A DNA stretch of 64,000 bases from NCBI RefSeq assembly GCF_001194135.2, contig NC_068981.1, positions 101,316,823 to 101,380,822 of the forward strand, in the 5' to 3' direction. Below the pieces are notes generated by a model. That model made no database searches. It saw nothing but the letters and a program-made list of their open reading frames with translations, and was not told the origin of the DNA. This stretch comes from Octopus bimaculoides. Taxonomy: Eukaryota. Positions 24,642 to 39,299 of this stretch are shown here, piece after piece. The first letter of the stretch is position 1. Every line of letters begins with the position of its first letter. Position numbers and translations under genes: made by a program.

Positions 24642-26893
24642 GCTTTATCAACAGTGGTACCCCAGCATGACTGCAGCTTTAAAGCTGAAACATAAGAATA
24701 TTTAACTTTGCTGATACAATTAACAAAGTGATTACACCATAGAGATATAAAAATAATAACCTGTGGTGTAACCACTCTATACTTTCCATAGCAATGCTAA
24801 AATTGATGTTTATTAAAAAAGAAAGTGTATACTGTACATTTCAAAATTATCAATATGTCATCAACTATTATATTTTATTTTTTAAAATTTATTGATTACT
24901 GTACTCATGCTAACCCCATTAACACTACTACCAAGTTTATAAGAGCAAACCCAGACCAGTTTTCCTTTCATTGCATTATATTTCTCTGTTTCTACAGCTG
25001 AAGAGAGTGAACAAGAGAAGAGAGAAAGAGATCATAGTGAAAACAGTTTGTTTGGCTTCTGGATTGTTTGGCATCCTTTTTCATAGTGAACAAAAATTAT
25101 TGGAGAACATCTGGCAAACAACTAGGTCATAAATCATGCTATATTGGGAATTTCTTTTTCTTTTTTTTTTTTTTTTAATTTCCTTTTGTTCCTATAAAAA
25201 TGGACAAATTGTAATCAGTATGCTGCAGTTGTTTAAATAATGGCTCTCAAAAATAGCTTTTAATGGTTTCTTGTCATTACTGCCATTCATAGTTTTGATT
25301 GTTCCTCAAGACAATATTATCAGTTTTCCTCCATGTAATCTTTTTAACACAGCATTATTAAATAGCTTGTGAAGACTTTCCTGTTGTATAATAGAATCAC
25401 AAGAAGGAGCTTTTATAAACTTGCTTGATCTGTTAGAAATAGCAGTCAAATCTCCCTCAAATGACACCATAAAAACAAAAGATACATTGGCTATCAGATG
25501 TAATCCTAGATAAATATTGCTCCTCATAAAGGATAGCTTTGTAACAACTGGAATGCTTTTGATCATAGGCTTGTTCATCGAAGACTAGCCTAGAGCTAAC
25601 AACATTCTACTCTCTCTCACACTCATTTTTGCCATGAATTAGTGGAGTTAAACTTAGAGTTTACCTCCACTAATTCTCTCTAGTGCTAGTGTTATGGTAA
25701 AATGCACCCATACACTCTGTAAAATGGATGGTGTTAGGATTAACATCCAACCATCTGCTGACCTGTCTAGGAAAGCACTAAATTTGAATAACAGTTGACT
25801 CCAACCAGGATTACTGATCCAACCCATGCCAGTATGAAAAGCAGAAGTAAAATGATTATGAGAGAGATATATATAGATGATGGGTGTTCCCCCAAAATGC
25901 ATACACACATTGAATGATTATAAAGTCTGTGTTCATTAAAACACATTTCATTTTCAAAATTCAATTTTGTTATGAAAACCTGTTTTTAAACTGGTAATCA
26001 CTTAAGCAGTGGAATCACAAATATCAAGAAACATTGTTCTGTCTTTGTGTGCACTCTTGGTCAGTTTGTCAACTGTTGCTGTTTTTGTATTGTAAATTTT
26101 AACTTTTAAGTATCCTCAAAAAGAAGTCTAGTGGTATGAAGTCCAATTAAAGGTGAGGGTATTCTTCTGAACCTCCAGTTCACCTGTTTGACAAAATCAC
26201 ATCAAAGTAGGTCCTTATATTATTATATTAGTGTGAGTGTACCCCCATCTTACTGGAAATAAAATTCCACATCTTAAAAGTCTTTGAATGCTTGTCATGA
26301 CAGATTGTTGCAGCAAGTTCAAGTAAATAGAACCAGTCATAGTACTATCAAAAATGAATGGTCCACTTTATACATTCAATGATAAGCTGCACTGTACTAT
26401 AACTCCAAGTAAATTAATATCCTAATCCTCTTAGAGATGTTGATTCTCAGCTCCTCTGTTGATTGAGCCATTTAACACAAATGTAGCCTCATCACTCCAA
26501 ACTATCTTTGTTAGAAAGTGTGTATCTTTTATATCTCTGTACAATATAATAACTAGTTTTTCATGCTTTTATTTTTAACCTTTTGATACCAACTTACCCA
26601 AGACTGTCCCAGGAAATGTGAATCAAACATCTTGTTTTTTTAAGTGATCTAAAGTAAAACTGTCTATAAAAATTGTGCTAATTTATGTTTCAAATACCAG
26701 GTTAATAATGCCAAAGTTATTTTCCTAAATTCTTCATTAACAAACTTGTTATTAATATATTGAATAATTATTGAAGAGATTTGTCAGATTTTATCTAGAA
26801 GAGGCAAGTGTCTTCTGAATGGAGTTGATAGAAGGAAACTGAAAGAAGCTCATTGTGTATTGGTGTAGCCAAGTATCTCCTCTGTAGTATGAC

Positions 26894-26895
<2 letters not shown>

Positions 26896-26986
<91 letters not shown>

Positions 26987-27002
26987 TCTCTCTCTCTCTC
27001 TC
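26896..27002. repeat. (CT)n microsatellite
   Basis: About 105-nt CT tract with minor interruptions. Similar tracts lie at about 13400-13510 and 16980-17035. Confidence 0.97.
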
Positions 27003-27180
27003 CTTGTCCTACTGGGATAGTCAGATATCTCTCCTGTAGTAAGCTACTCCTGACCCTCTATTATACTCCAACCTCTTGCCTGGAACACAGCCACTTTCTG
27101 TTCCTTGCCCTCTCTCAGCTGAGACATCCTTGTCTTGCAAGCCATTTGGCAACCCCATGCATATTGGTGCTATGTAAAAA

Positions 27181-27250
27181 GTACCTGTGCTTCATAAGAA
27201 GTACCTGTGCTTCATAAGAAGTACCTGTGCTTCATAAGAAGCACCTGTGC
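27181..27250. repeat. 20-bp tandem repeat x3.5 inside an RTE-tail relic
   Basis: GTACCTGTGCTTCATAAGAA three times plus GCACCTGTGC, with no spacers. Confidence 0.95.
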
Positions 27251-29000
27251 CAGCACCACATAAAAAGCATCCAGTTCACCCTGTAAAACAGTTGGTATTA
27301 GGAAGGGCATCCAGCATTAGAAAACATGCCTTGCCATTTCCTGTCAAACCATCCAACCATCCATGCTAGCATGGAAAATGAATGTTAAATGATGATGATG
27401 ATTGTGTGTGTGTGTTACTGTCCCCTTGCCTTGGTATCACAAAAATTAGTGTTACTATCATGCATGCAGTGTCCTTCACATCCAATCTTACATGAAAAAC
27501 ATGTTTGGCTATGGAGAAATATTATCTTGCTTGGAAACAAGTATGGGTCGGCTAACAGGAACAGCATCCGGCTGTAGGAAGTCCACCTCAACAAATTTTG
27601 TCTGACCCATGCGAGCATGGAAAAGTGAATATAATAGTAACAAGGATTAAGGCTTGTAAAGTTGTTGGTATAGCTGACTATTCATGTTAGTCAAAATTGT
27701 ATTTGTGGTTCTTTCTACAGATATTCTATAGAAATTATAGCCAGCACTGATTAATTAGAAACTTAGCCATAATTTATGATTAGGTTTGAAGAAAGTAATT
27801 AAACTGGTTTACTTTATATTTGTAGTAATTTCTACAATAATTGGTTCTGTTAGTTTCTTTAGATTATATATCTTATTTTAACCAAATGATTAATAATATT
27901 TAACGTGATAATTGTTTCCATCCATCTGTTTTAATGCTTTATATAATAGGTTAGGTATTACTGGCTTAAGGCTAGATATTAGCTTTGTGTTTGTATGTAA
28001 TTGATCATGGTTGAATGTAAGGCTTCTGATGTTTTTGTACATTACTTTTATCTTTTATTTGTTTCAGTCAATGGATTGTGGCCATACTGGGGCATCACAT
28101 AGAAAGGTTTAGTCAAACAAATTTACCCCAGTACTTATTTTTAAAAATCTACTTATTCTTTGTCCTTTTTTTTTTCTGAACTAAGTTGCAGGGACATAAA
28201 CAAAACAACACTGATTGTCAGTCAGTGGAAAGACTAACATATATATATTACATATATACTACAGGCTTCTATGCAGTTTCCATCTACCAAAGTCACTCAT
28301 AAGGCATTGGTCAGCCCATGGCTACAGTAGAAGATGCTTACTCAAGGTGCCTTTAAATTGGACTGAACATGAAATCACATGGCTGCAAAGCAAGCATCTT
28401 AAACATACAACCCTGCTTATGTTTGTTAATATTTAAGGAACAACTAGTCAAACACCAGTGAAATTGAATGCAAAACTACGTAGTTATTACTTGGATATAG
28501 TATATGCCCAAGGTACTTAAACCTCTAAATATTCTTAAGATCCAATTCTAACTCCACTTTCATGGCTTTAGACACTAGGTAGGAAAAGACATAGTATATC
28601 ACTAGTAAGACTAACAGATGGACTAGCTGAAACAATATGAAAATGAAGAACCCACTAAATTCATTTTCTATGAGTATGGGATCTTATATTTTGGGCCTTA
28701 CACCTCATCTAGGTTCAACCAGACTCCACACCACTCCCACATTTTTTTCCACTTTCTAATGAAGTCGAGTTTGGAAATGTTAGATATTACACAATAGAAC
28801 GTGTGCAATGGAACTGAACTTGATGTATAAATTGTTAGTTCATTTTATTTTCAAGTAAAGCTCTGGAAGAAACAAAGACTGAGTCAGTGTGAGCAAAGCA
28901 ATTTTTTACAAAACCTACACCTTACCACTACAACCGGACTACTATGTATTTGTTGTATAAATTGTTTAATTGAACTGATTTTTTTTTTTTCTCTTTGTAG

Positions 29001-29178
29001 CTGCCCTCCAAGCATTGAAAAGGAAAAAGAGATATGAAAAACAACTGCACCAAATTGATGGTACTCTTTCCACTATAGAGTTACAAAGAGAAGCTTTAGA
29101 AAATGCTGCCACAAATACAGAAGTTCTTAAGGTCATGGGCGAGTCGGCCAGCGCAATCAAAGCTGCTCATAATAATAT
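29001..29178 (+). CDS. CHMP4: CHMP4/Snf7 (ESCRT-III) coding exon 2
   Basis: Acceptor ctctttgtAG, donor GTaagt, 178 nt. Translates (A)ALQALKRKKRYEKQLHQIDGTLSTIELQREALENAATNTEVLKVMGESASAIKAAHNN(M), the Snf7 core. Size and phase match human CHMP4B exon 2 as recalled. Confidence 0.97.
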
Positions 29179-29849
29179 GTAAGTCCTTTGCAATTGTTAT
29201 CTTAGTTCTGCAGTGCAATCTGCTGTTTATCAGTTGAATTGGTAGCTATTTAATAGCTAGGTAAATTAAGATAATACACGTTCCTTAATTATCTGTAACC
29301 AGTGACTTCACTAACTGAAATAGCCACTTTATTATGATACATGATGTCTGCCTAGATGTAACATGATTTATTTTTGATCCTTTATATTAATATTTTAAAA
29401 TATAAAAATATATATACTTGGTCATTACCCATTGTTATGTTGCTGATAAAAATATTTATTCATCATGCATATATCTTCATGTTCAAAGTGAAAGGTTTTT
29501 TTTTTTTGGTGGGGGGGTTAAGTCTGTTGCATTGTGTTGACAGACTTGCAATTAAAATTCTCGCTTTTTTTAATCGAAACTTGTTAATTATTATGGTGAC
29601 AACACTACCTACCTGTCTGTCTATTTTTTCTATCTCTCTCTTTCAACAACTTTTTCTCCTCCCCTCCATCCCTCTAATAGATGTTGTGACAGAGATCAGC
29701 TTCTGTTTTACAATATAAGATTTATTATTTTAGTTGCAAAGAAGCTGATTCTCCAACACTAATCAACAGTTAATGATTGTGGCTTTAAGGGAGGACCCTC
29801 CATGGTTGCTTCATCTGCTAGAAATAGTAGCCAAATTTTCCACAAATTA

Positions 29850-31650
29850 CATTCTACTGTCACATCCTTCTCTAATCTCAAAATTCACTCTTAATGGCAT
29901 TATCTTTGCATGTATCGATTCTGCTCTCTCCTCCATTCATGTTTCTTACCTCCATATCAACAACAAGAACTGCCAGTTATTCTGGCTCAAAACCCCTCTC
30001 TCTTTCCACTCCGCTAAATACTTTTGTTTCTTGTACTACCCTTTGGATTCCTCCAACCATTGATAACTCTTTAACTATATATCTTTCTGCATTGAAAACA
30101 TATTTTTCACTTCAATCCTCTCTGAAGTCATTATCCTTCAACCCTCACAACTCTTTTTGGGATCTTACACTCATCTCACACTGATGCCCAGTAGAGCCAA
30201 AACTAAATCTTTCACAATCCTCAACTTCCTACATCACTTAGCTTCATTCCTTACATGCATCCCTAACTGCTACACAAACACTCCAAACATCCTCAATCTC
30301 TTTCTCACTTCCAAACCGTCACCATCTCTGCACCTATTAGGTCATCAAACTACTGTCTTACCATCACTATTCACCATTCACACACATTGCTTATTCTCAT
30401 TATTGTAATGCAAAGGTGACCTTTATACTTCATACAGCCTACAGGCTCTTTTACCTCTCAACTGCAAAAAGGTTCTCTACGACTTTGCAGAATTCTTCTT
30501 AAATTGTGATTCTGTAAGCAGTATTCTCTCAGAGAATGCCTCTAAATTTGCTGCCACTTTGCATCCAACTCCATACTGTACACACAAAGTAAATCTTCTT
30601 CAAAACTATTATCTTCTACTTCAGGTTCCTCACTATATGCATATACACTCTAAATGCACAACCACCTCTGGTCACTTTGAACCAACAGGGCCACTCACTA
30701 GTACTGACAATGTCTCTGTTAATTTCAAACAAACTCTTCAGTGTCTCTCAGTGTGCCCTATTCCCAAGGAGGGTAACAATGCTGACCCTGCCAACTATCA
30801 TCTTACTGCATTGAAATCCAAATCTCAAAAGTGATAGACAGTCATTAACAATAATCTTCATTACATTAAATCCCTCTCCCTCCTTAATCATCACCATTAT
30901 GACTTTTAGCCACCTGGTTCACCAGTCCTCAGTCAAATCGTCCAACCCATGCTAGCATGGAAAGCAGACGTTAAACGATGATGATGATGACGACATCTAA
31001 TGGATATCTACTCTCTTACGTCACTCACTAGTGGATCTGCATCCTCAAGAAATTTGGTGGAAGCAGTGTTGTTGCACTTTATTTCGAGAAAGCATTCATC
31101 CACATCTGACATAAGAATCATCTATAAGAACTGCCCATCTGTGGACTCCACTAGTTACTTCATTCTTGATGGCTTTCTGTGAAATTGCAATATCACAGCA
31201 GGTGTTGATGGGACACACTGACCAACACTCTGTCATTTCTGGTGTTCTCTAAGGTTCAAATGTCTATTACACTCTCTCACCTATACATCAATGACTTACT
31301 TTCTCACCACTATGTTTATACCACGGTTTATTCTGCACTTTCATTCCTGACTGTCATCCACAAACAACTTAGACTGTATTCAAAAAAGACCATCCGTCTG
31401 ATAGGCATGACGTTGTGTGTCAATACTCTCCAACCTCTGGTTCACAGACATCTGTCTCCTGTCTTTGCCTGTTTTACTATTACTACAATGGCCTCTGCTT
31501 GTTGAAGTCAGCTTGTCTCACCTTTAGAAAGGCACTCCCAACTCATTTGTCTCTCTTCTTACCACCTCCCAAAACCCTACACTGACCATTACACTTAGTC
31601 CTTGCATCCCAGAATGCCATTCCTTTGATTTCCCTCCCTTCTCGTGTTTT
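29850..31650 (+). mobile_element. Highly decayed L2/Crack/CR1-group LINE (EN to RT), interrupted by an RTE-tail insert at about 30912-30992
   Basis: PIPKEGNNADPANYH (PIPK.G....P.NYRP motif), degenerate GVxQGS and LYINDL motifs. C/T-rich sense strand. Confidence 0.65.
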
Positions 31651-32911
31651 TTTCTGCAACTATTCAAGAGAACATTGTGTCAGTTTCCCTCATCTGAAAA
31701 GAGCCTACAAAAGAAAAATGGCCCAAACCAATTAAAAAAAAAAGTATTTTAGATTATGTAGTCTTATAAACACCTTAATGTCAAGTTTGTCATGACCAGA
31801 ATACCTTTGATCACAAGATTTACTCAATCAGGGTTGACCTGGGGCGAAACAACAGCAAGACAAATTGACAATGCATGAGATTTGATAAGAATGACAGTTT
31901 TCTTTTTTTAATTTCCAGTCACTTGGAAGTTAAAAATTAGTTTTATGAGAAGCATGAAAGGGTTGAAAAATTTATAGGTTTCTATTAGCTAATAATCCAG
32001 TCGGTATTCAACTTAACTACTTCCCTAGCTGTTGTTTATCCCCAGCTCAGTCTTGGTAAAGTACATGATCAAAGGCACTCCAGCCATGACCAACCATCTT
32101 TTTAGTGTGATCTGAAACTACAGTAGCCTATATCTACTTTGTTTAAAATGATAGTTTGATTTAAGGAAGGTTTACCTATTTCTAGCAGGTTTAGTGGCCA
32201 TATAGACACTCCTTGCAAATGCTGATGTAAAGATAGAGACATAATTCCTCTAATCATAATTCCCTAACAGCATATTATAATCAAATTCAGCAGAATGTTC
32301 TATGTGAACAATAGAATCTAACAATGTTAGATGTTTTAAACTAGAAAATCCCTGCCATAACCTTCTTGAAGGTTTTCTATAAAGTAGAATTAATAGTCCT
32401 TTTTCAATTTTAATGGTGTTATTTTCCTTATACAGTCATCATTATTGTCATAGCAAGGGATATCATGAAGAAGCAACTTTCAATACCAATAAACAAAGAA
32501 ACCTGCTCTCTATTTGCCCACGAACAACTTCTGTTTGCGAATACATTAACCGACAAAACCATCCCCAAAGATAACATTGTTTATAACATAACAAGATGCT
32601 ACTTTTAAGAATCAGTATTCCAAAAATAAAACTTTAGGTTTGTGCACACCAATCATCAGACCACCACAATTTATTATCCAACCACACCCTAATACATATG
32701 TTCACCCAGCAGAATCCACCATCAAATAATTAGGTGCTACTGGTTTGGTCTTGTTAAGTGTTCTTTAAGGCTTTGCTGGTTACATGAAAAATGAAATGTT
32801 ACAGTAAAAAATGATGTGCAATAAAAGCAGTGTTTCATCCATACAGACACAAGGGACACTTCCTTTCAGATATTGATGTCTATGATAGTGGTGCAAAATA
32901 TGCTCAAATAC

Positions 32912-33041
32912 TGACCAAGCTTGCTTCCCAACCACATAGTTCCAGGTTCAGTCCCACTGCATGGCAACTTGGGCAAGTGTCTTCTATAGGGCTGACCAAA
33001 GCCTCATGGGTGGATTTGGTAGACAGAAACTGAAAGAAGCC

Positions 33042-33081
<40 letters not shown>

Positions 33082-33290
33082 GTGTGTGTGTGTATGTATT
33101 TGTGTGTGTGTTTGTCTCTCCCACACCCATCATTGCTTGACAACCCATGCTGGTATGCTTATGTCCCCCATAACTTAGCAGTTTGGTAAAAGAGGCTGAT
33201 AGAATAAGTATTATTAAGTCCTGGGGTCAATTTCTTAAGACAATGTTCCAGCATGGTCGCTGTCAAATGATTGAAACAAGTAAAAAGAAA
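32912..33290 (+). mobile_element. tRNA-headed SINE ((CA)n-neck family)
   Basis: aagcttgcttcccaaccacatagttccaggttcagtcccac ... (GT)n ... ccagcatggtcgctgtcaaatgattgaaacaagtaaaa. Confidence 0.75.
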
Positions 33291-35426
33291 AAAAGAATGT
33301 GTGTAGAAAAGAACACTGGCCTTTTTTGGGGAATGAGTGGGGTTCCATTCAAATATTCCTTCTGTATATGCACTTTATATATTCTCTACTTGTTTTATTG
33401 TACCACACACACATACTGTTTTGTTTTAATTTTGTTTACTATATTCAGTCGAAAATGTGCTTCTTTGCCAGTCTTTTTCTTTTTGGTTATTTTAGATATT
33501 CACTATAGCTATGTTAAAAAAGATTCAGTTAGTTTGTATTATTTTAGAGAATTTCAGTTAGTTACCATAGACAAATATATATTTTAACTGATAGAGCAAC
33601 TGTACAGTGATGTCAGAACACTCCCTGTTTTCTATGTGTGGGTGTGTATGTATATATAAGCAAAAAATACTCAAAGCATAATTATAGATACTGTGGCTTA
33701 GACTGTATTGGCACTTCAATTGACTGAACTTTCAAAAGCAGTCATAAATGAAAAACTAATGAAAATGTTAATAAATAAAAATTTGCTAAAGACTGTTTTG
33801 ACACATGAAATATCAGCTACTTTCTAAAAATCTCATAATTCATCTGGTTTCAGTATATGTACAGTATATACAATATAAGCAATTCACATGTGAAATTTAC
33901 ATAGGCACAAGCATGGTTGTATGGCTAAGAAGCTTGCTTCCTAACCAAATGATTTCAGGTTCACTCCCATTGTGTGGCACCTTGGTTTTTTTTACTATAG
34001 CTCCTGGTCAACAAAAGCTTTCTAAGTAGATTTAGTAGGTGGAAACTAAAAGAAGCCTATAGTATATAGATAGATAGTTAGTTATCTCAAGATAATCTCC
34101 TTATCTTGAGAGTGTGTGATAGTTGAATTATTAGCTAATAATTGGAGAATAAATAGAAACCTATAAATTTTTCAACCCCTTTACCCCTCCCATACTCACA
34201 TTCATATTGAGGAATAAATATTTTGACTAAGTTTTTGTCGACCAATTTTGCTATGTATGGAATTTGAGAGTGCTCTCATGACTGCACTTTATTTAGTTTA
34301 GTTTAGATTGCCAAGTGAGAGGTAATTGCCACATTTAACTTTGAGCATGTCATTAGTTGCTTTGATAGAAATATGAGTTTTGCTTAGTTTTTATGGTATA
34401 TAAATGTCTATAAACTACTGGTGATTTCTATTACACAGTTTCCATTTAGACTAAAAATCCAGTCCAGCCTCATATTATTTATAGTAAATGTAAAATTTGG
34501 TATTTCTGAAAACAAGTGTTATTAAAATAACTTCTTTTGGTAAGTGTCTTCAATAATTCATCAAAGTGGGTGTTGTACAAGAGTTTTGGTTATATAACTG
34601 GCACATAGCCCAGCTCTAATTAGCAATATTGTTAATAAGCTGTGTCTAATTGATGCAATGTTGATTGATAAAACTAATAATAATCAATTAAGAAGTCAAG
34701 TTGTAGTCATATTTTTATTTCAGCAACTTTCTCAAAGATAATGTGGTTGTTTGGTGGTTGAACTGTTCTTATATGGACTTAATTGCTTCTTTTAAAGCTT
34801 AACTATATTTCTCTAAAATAATAATAATTGTTTGTGAAGTTATATTTTCATATATGTGGTACTTATTTTCTTTTTATCTCATTTCACTTTATGCAATTTG
34901 CAAGACTCCAGACATAAATACATACAATTAATTCAAGAGATTTAGCTTTATTGTCTTTGTCAGTACATGCACCAGTGTGGAGACATTACTTGAAACAATT
35001 ATGTTTTCACCATTCCGCTTAACTGATCCTCTTGTTAACCTAAAACAACAGCATAAGATCATGTGGCTTGATAATTTGCTGCTGCTATCATTGTCACTAA
35101 AAACTTGGCTTACCATGTTTATGCACTTTATCATTTTTGTTATTTGATCAAAATCCACCTTGTTAAGCACAATTATATGGTAAATATTAAGTTTTAACTG
35201 ATCAAAATGTACTCATTTTAAGAAATAATTATCTAAGTTTCTGACTCTTAGTTGACATATATTGTCTACTAATTACCTTTGACACAATCTCATAACCTAT
35301 TATTTTATATGTTAAGCATAAGATAATTACTATTAATATTGAATGAAAAATTTAAACACACCTTCATGTAAAAGCATATACTTCTTACCATTATAATTTG
35401 AAACTACAAGACCTGAAAGTTATGAT

Positions 35427-35464
<38 letters not shown>

Positions 35465-35527
35465 TAGTTTGTATAGTTTAATATAGTCACAAATTACTTA
35501 GAAAATAAAAATTATTTACTATGATAG

Positions 35528-35877
35528 NNNNNNNNNNNNNNNNNNNNNNNNNNNNNNNNNNNNNNNNNNNNNNNNNNNNNNNNNNNNNNNNNNNNNNNNN
35601 NNNNNNNNNNNNNNNNNNNNNNNNNNNNNNNNNNNNNNNNNNNNNNNNNNNNNNNNNNNNNNNNNNNNNNNNNNNNNNNNNNNNNNNNNNNNNNNNNNNN
35701 NNNNNNNNNNNNNNNNNNNNNNNNNNNNNNNNNNNNNNNNNNNNNNNNNNNNNNNNNNNNNNNNNNNNNNNNNNNNNNNNNNNNNNNNNNNNNNNNNNNN
35801 NNNNNNNNNNNNNNNNNNNNNNNNNNNNNNNNNNNNNNNNNNNNNNNNNNNNNNNNNNNNNNNNNNNNNNNNNNNNN
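35528..35877. other. Assembly gap (350 N)
   Basis: N run. Confidence 1.
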
Positions 35878-35986
35878 TCCATATTACTCAAGATAAAATG
35901 TAATTGGAATACTGTTTTTAATCTCAAATTTCTCTTATGAAATTCACTAAACTTTATTAGAACATTCACTAAACTTTATTAGAACA

Positions 35987-37620
35987 TTAGCAATGCATCC
36001 CAGCATTGCCCAGGTGTTATGACCTTCAGCCACATTGTATTATTTGTTTCTTTCTTATGTGCAAAATCAGTACACGAGGTGTGTTAAGCGCACAACTCTT
36101 CTTTATAAACATGTTTTTCAGTCATTTTGTGATGAAAAATACTGAAATTCTTGACACCAAAAACATGTAGAATAGCAGCTTAGATTAGAATGAAATCCTA
36201 ACATCGCCTTCAAAATGACCTAGACATATGGATTTAAAGAATTGGATGATGTATGAGGACATAGAGGTATCCATATTGCAGAAAGTAAGGTACATGGAAA
36301 GGTGCTTCATTGTGAAAAGCATCATCTCTAATGTTAAGGCAGACTGTACACTTCAACACATGTCAAGTGAATCCGACAATGCTCCTGGGTAAACTATGTT
36401 TTGTATAAGCCAAGTGTTAATAGAATAAATATACAAGTCATCTGCACTGCTAACTCGAGAGCATGCAACATATAGTTGTCCATGAGAAAAGCAGGGTACT
36501 TGTAAATTGAGACCCACCATTTTTAGAGTTTGACCCTGGACTTTGTTGATTGTCATAGCAAAGCACAATTGCACTGGGAAGTGGAGGCACTTGAATTGAA
36601 ACATTTGAGGGAATAAAGGGCGTATATGGAATGTATGTGATCTCTCCTTGATGACAGCCAGCAATAATGGTTGCTTGTAGGACATGACTTGTCAGTGTAG
36701 TTACAGTCAATTTTGTACCATTGCATAGTTGTGGTGGGTCGAAATTCCTCAAGAGCATGAATTTTGTTAGCAGGAACTAATTGGTCTGCTGACGGTTTCC
36801 AAAGTTAGTGAAAACGCTAATCTGATAAATGAAAAGTTAGCTTTGCTTTAGGAACAACTAATGCAGTGGCAGTCCTGTCTGTGGCTTGTAGAGAGTTGAG
36901 AAATTCAACTGGATATTCAACAGTGGCATGTTCATCGATGGTAACATCAATGAAGACAAACGTTGAAGCACCTCCAGTTAGAATATAGAGGAATTCATGG
37001 ATTACTTTATCAACGCTTTCATTCTGAGGTGTTAGAATCTCCCCCCCCCCTCTCATGCTACGTTTTTGAAGTTGTCTTGCAATGTGGGAAATACCTTTTC
37101 TTTAAGCTCGGCCAATGTAGACACCATGTACCCACACTACAGTACATGCTGTTGCAGGGTGTTATTGAACAGTAAGGCACCATTTCCAATTTGTAGAAGT
37201 TGATGAAAATATTCCTCAGTTAAGGGGTCATTGTATAGATGAGCTTGCATATTGCTTAATGAAAGCTGACAAACAAACCTCCACAGGGGTGAAAACTTCA
37301 GACACACATAGATGTCATCAGCTTGCGTACCCTGTAGTATAACTGGTAATATTCAACAGAAATCTCCTGTGAAGACAACAGTTAAGCTCCCACCCCGCCC
37401 CAAAACAGCAGTATTGTTTCTAATATCCCTTAGTGACCTATCTAGTGCTTCTAATGCACCACAGAGTGCCATCATGCATTCATCCCAGACACTAAGTGTA
37501 GTTTGGTGCAGAACTTCCCCCGTCAGTGATCATTTTGAAGTATTACACATTTGGGCATCGCCAAAGTGAGTTTTCTTGAGCATGAATAGAGGCAGTTTTT
37601 TTTTTTTTTTTTTTTTGCAG
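35987..37620 (-). mobile_element. Helitron RepHel relic: PIF1-like helicase C-terminal half plus 3' end
   Basis: VWDECMMA..GALEALDRSLRDI, FTGDF.*ILPVI..GTQAD, YPVEFLNSL, LLRNFDPPQLCNGTKL, FPVQLCFAMTINKVQGQTL, FSHGQLYVACSRV. Degenerate 3' hairpin and terminus at about 35987-36012. Confidence 0.92.
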
Positions 37621-38734
37621 CCCCTTGTTTGTGGAGATAAATGAGAATGTCTTTGTTTTGGTGGCATGGCTGAAAAGAGCAAACGATTAAGGAATAAACA
37701 AGATGGAAGCCATAGCAGTTTGAAGTTGTGCATTGTATAATTTGATTTTTTAGTAACAAGTGAAAAGATGTGAAAAAATTCATATGTCAATTTGTATAAC
37801 GTTATTATAAGAAGTGGTAAACTGTGAATGATTTGGCTGTGTTCTGTTTTGATAAGCATAATGCATTCTGTTAGCTGGTATATAGTGGAGTGGATTAATG
37901 GCGTAATGGAAGTTATTGTTTGTCCAGAAGTGAAGTGGTGGGGGTACAATTTGCATGAAAGTGATTTATGTCCATTATGAAGGGTCGCAAACTATGTACT
38001 GTTTCATGGAATAAAAAAGGGGTTAATATGATTTTGGCCAGAAATCATGTTTTCAAAATTATAGTTTCCCCACTAACCACTGAAATTTCCTAATTTTTAA
38101 CTGTTTTTCAAATTTTGTTTATATGCACGTGGGAAATAATTTGTTTTTGAAAATTTAATTTTTCTGAAAGAAATACTGAATGCCCCTTCCCCCACCTCAG
38201 CCACCCGCTTTCAGGTGAAATGCAAATCTCCTGTATGGAAAACTTAGGAATGTGAGGAAATTGAGGAAAGAAATAAGTATGTGTTGGGGAGGATGTGGTG
38301 ATGATGGATGTCTTTTAAGGGGCACACTCACATATAGAAAATGTTGATGTATAAAATGCTTGCAATAGTTGACTTATGGAAAAGATTATAATTTTAAATT
38401 CTTGTAATCCAAATATGTCAATGAAAATAAAGTTTAGTTGGTAGCGGAAATAGTACTTGAGTCTTTTGACACCCCATACATCAAAATCAGCAATTTGGAT
38501 TAAGTCCACCTTGGTCGGCCTGATCAAGATGCTGAACCCCAGCAAGACGTCGATGTCCCATCACATTCTGGGTGGGATGATCTAGGCCAGCCATAAACAG
38601 CTGTATTTATAAATTAAAATTATACAAGATTATTCAATTATTTATTAAATAATTATTTTCTTAATGTAATAAAATGTATAATAGTTAATTGAAAGAAATG
38701 TCATAATATATAATATATGGTGTGTGTGTGTGTG

Positions 38735-39030
38735 TGAAGGTGCGTGGCTTAGTGGTTAGGGCATTCAGCTCACGATCGTAAGGTCGTAAGTTCAATCCCT
38801 GGCGACGCGTTGTGTCCTTGAGCAAGACACTTTATTTCACGTTGCTCCAGTCCATTCAGTTGGCAAAAATGAATAGTACCTGTACACTCTATGTCATGCG
38901 GAACCTCCCTAAGACCTACGTTAAGGGTACACATGTCTGTGAAGTGCTCAGCCACTTGCACGTTGATTTCATTAGCAGGCTGTTCCATTAATCAGATCAA
39001 CTGGAACCCTTGTCGTAACCAACGGAATGC
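38735..39030 (+). mobile_element. tRNA-headed SINE sharing its 3' part with the 19189 family
   Basis: gtggcttagtggttagg...gtaagttcaatccc head; gggtacacatgtctgtgaagtgctcagccacttgc...gatcaactggaaccct tail. Confidence 0.75.
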
Positions 39031-39036
39031 CACTTT

Positions 39037-39087
<51 letters not shown>

Positions 39088-39299
39088 CACTCATGATTAA
39101 GTCTGCACAGCCAAAACAGCAGTCTTTAATGAAATAACAAATAAATGAACCTTAAGTCCTGCACTTACCAAATTCCGACCATCATTCCAGCTCTCATCTC
39201 AGTTATTCAACCCCCACCACCGATCTGTCACCTATCAAAGTAGTGTCACTATTTTCAAAGGTTTAATAACAAGGCTTTAAATTATAAGCAATATTTCCA

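Noticed and set aside
27181-27250. CRISPR-like short repeats
   Set aside because: These are contiguous 20-bp tandem units with no spacers, inside an RTE-tail relic of a eukaryotic genome.
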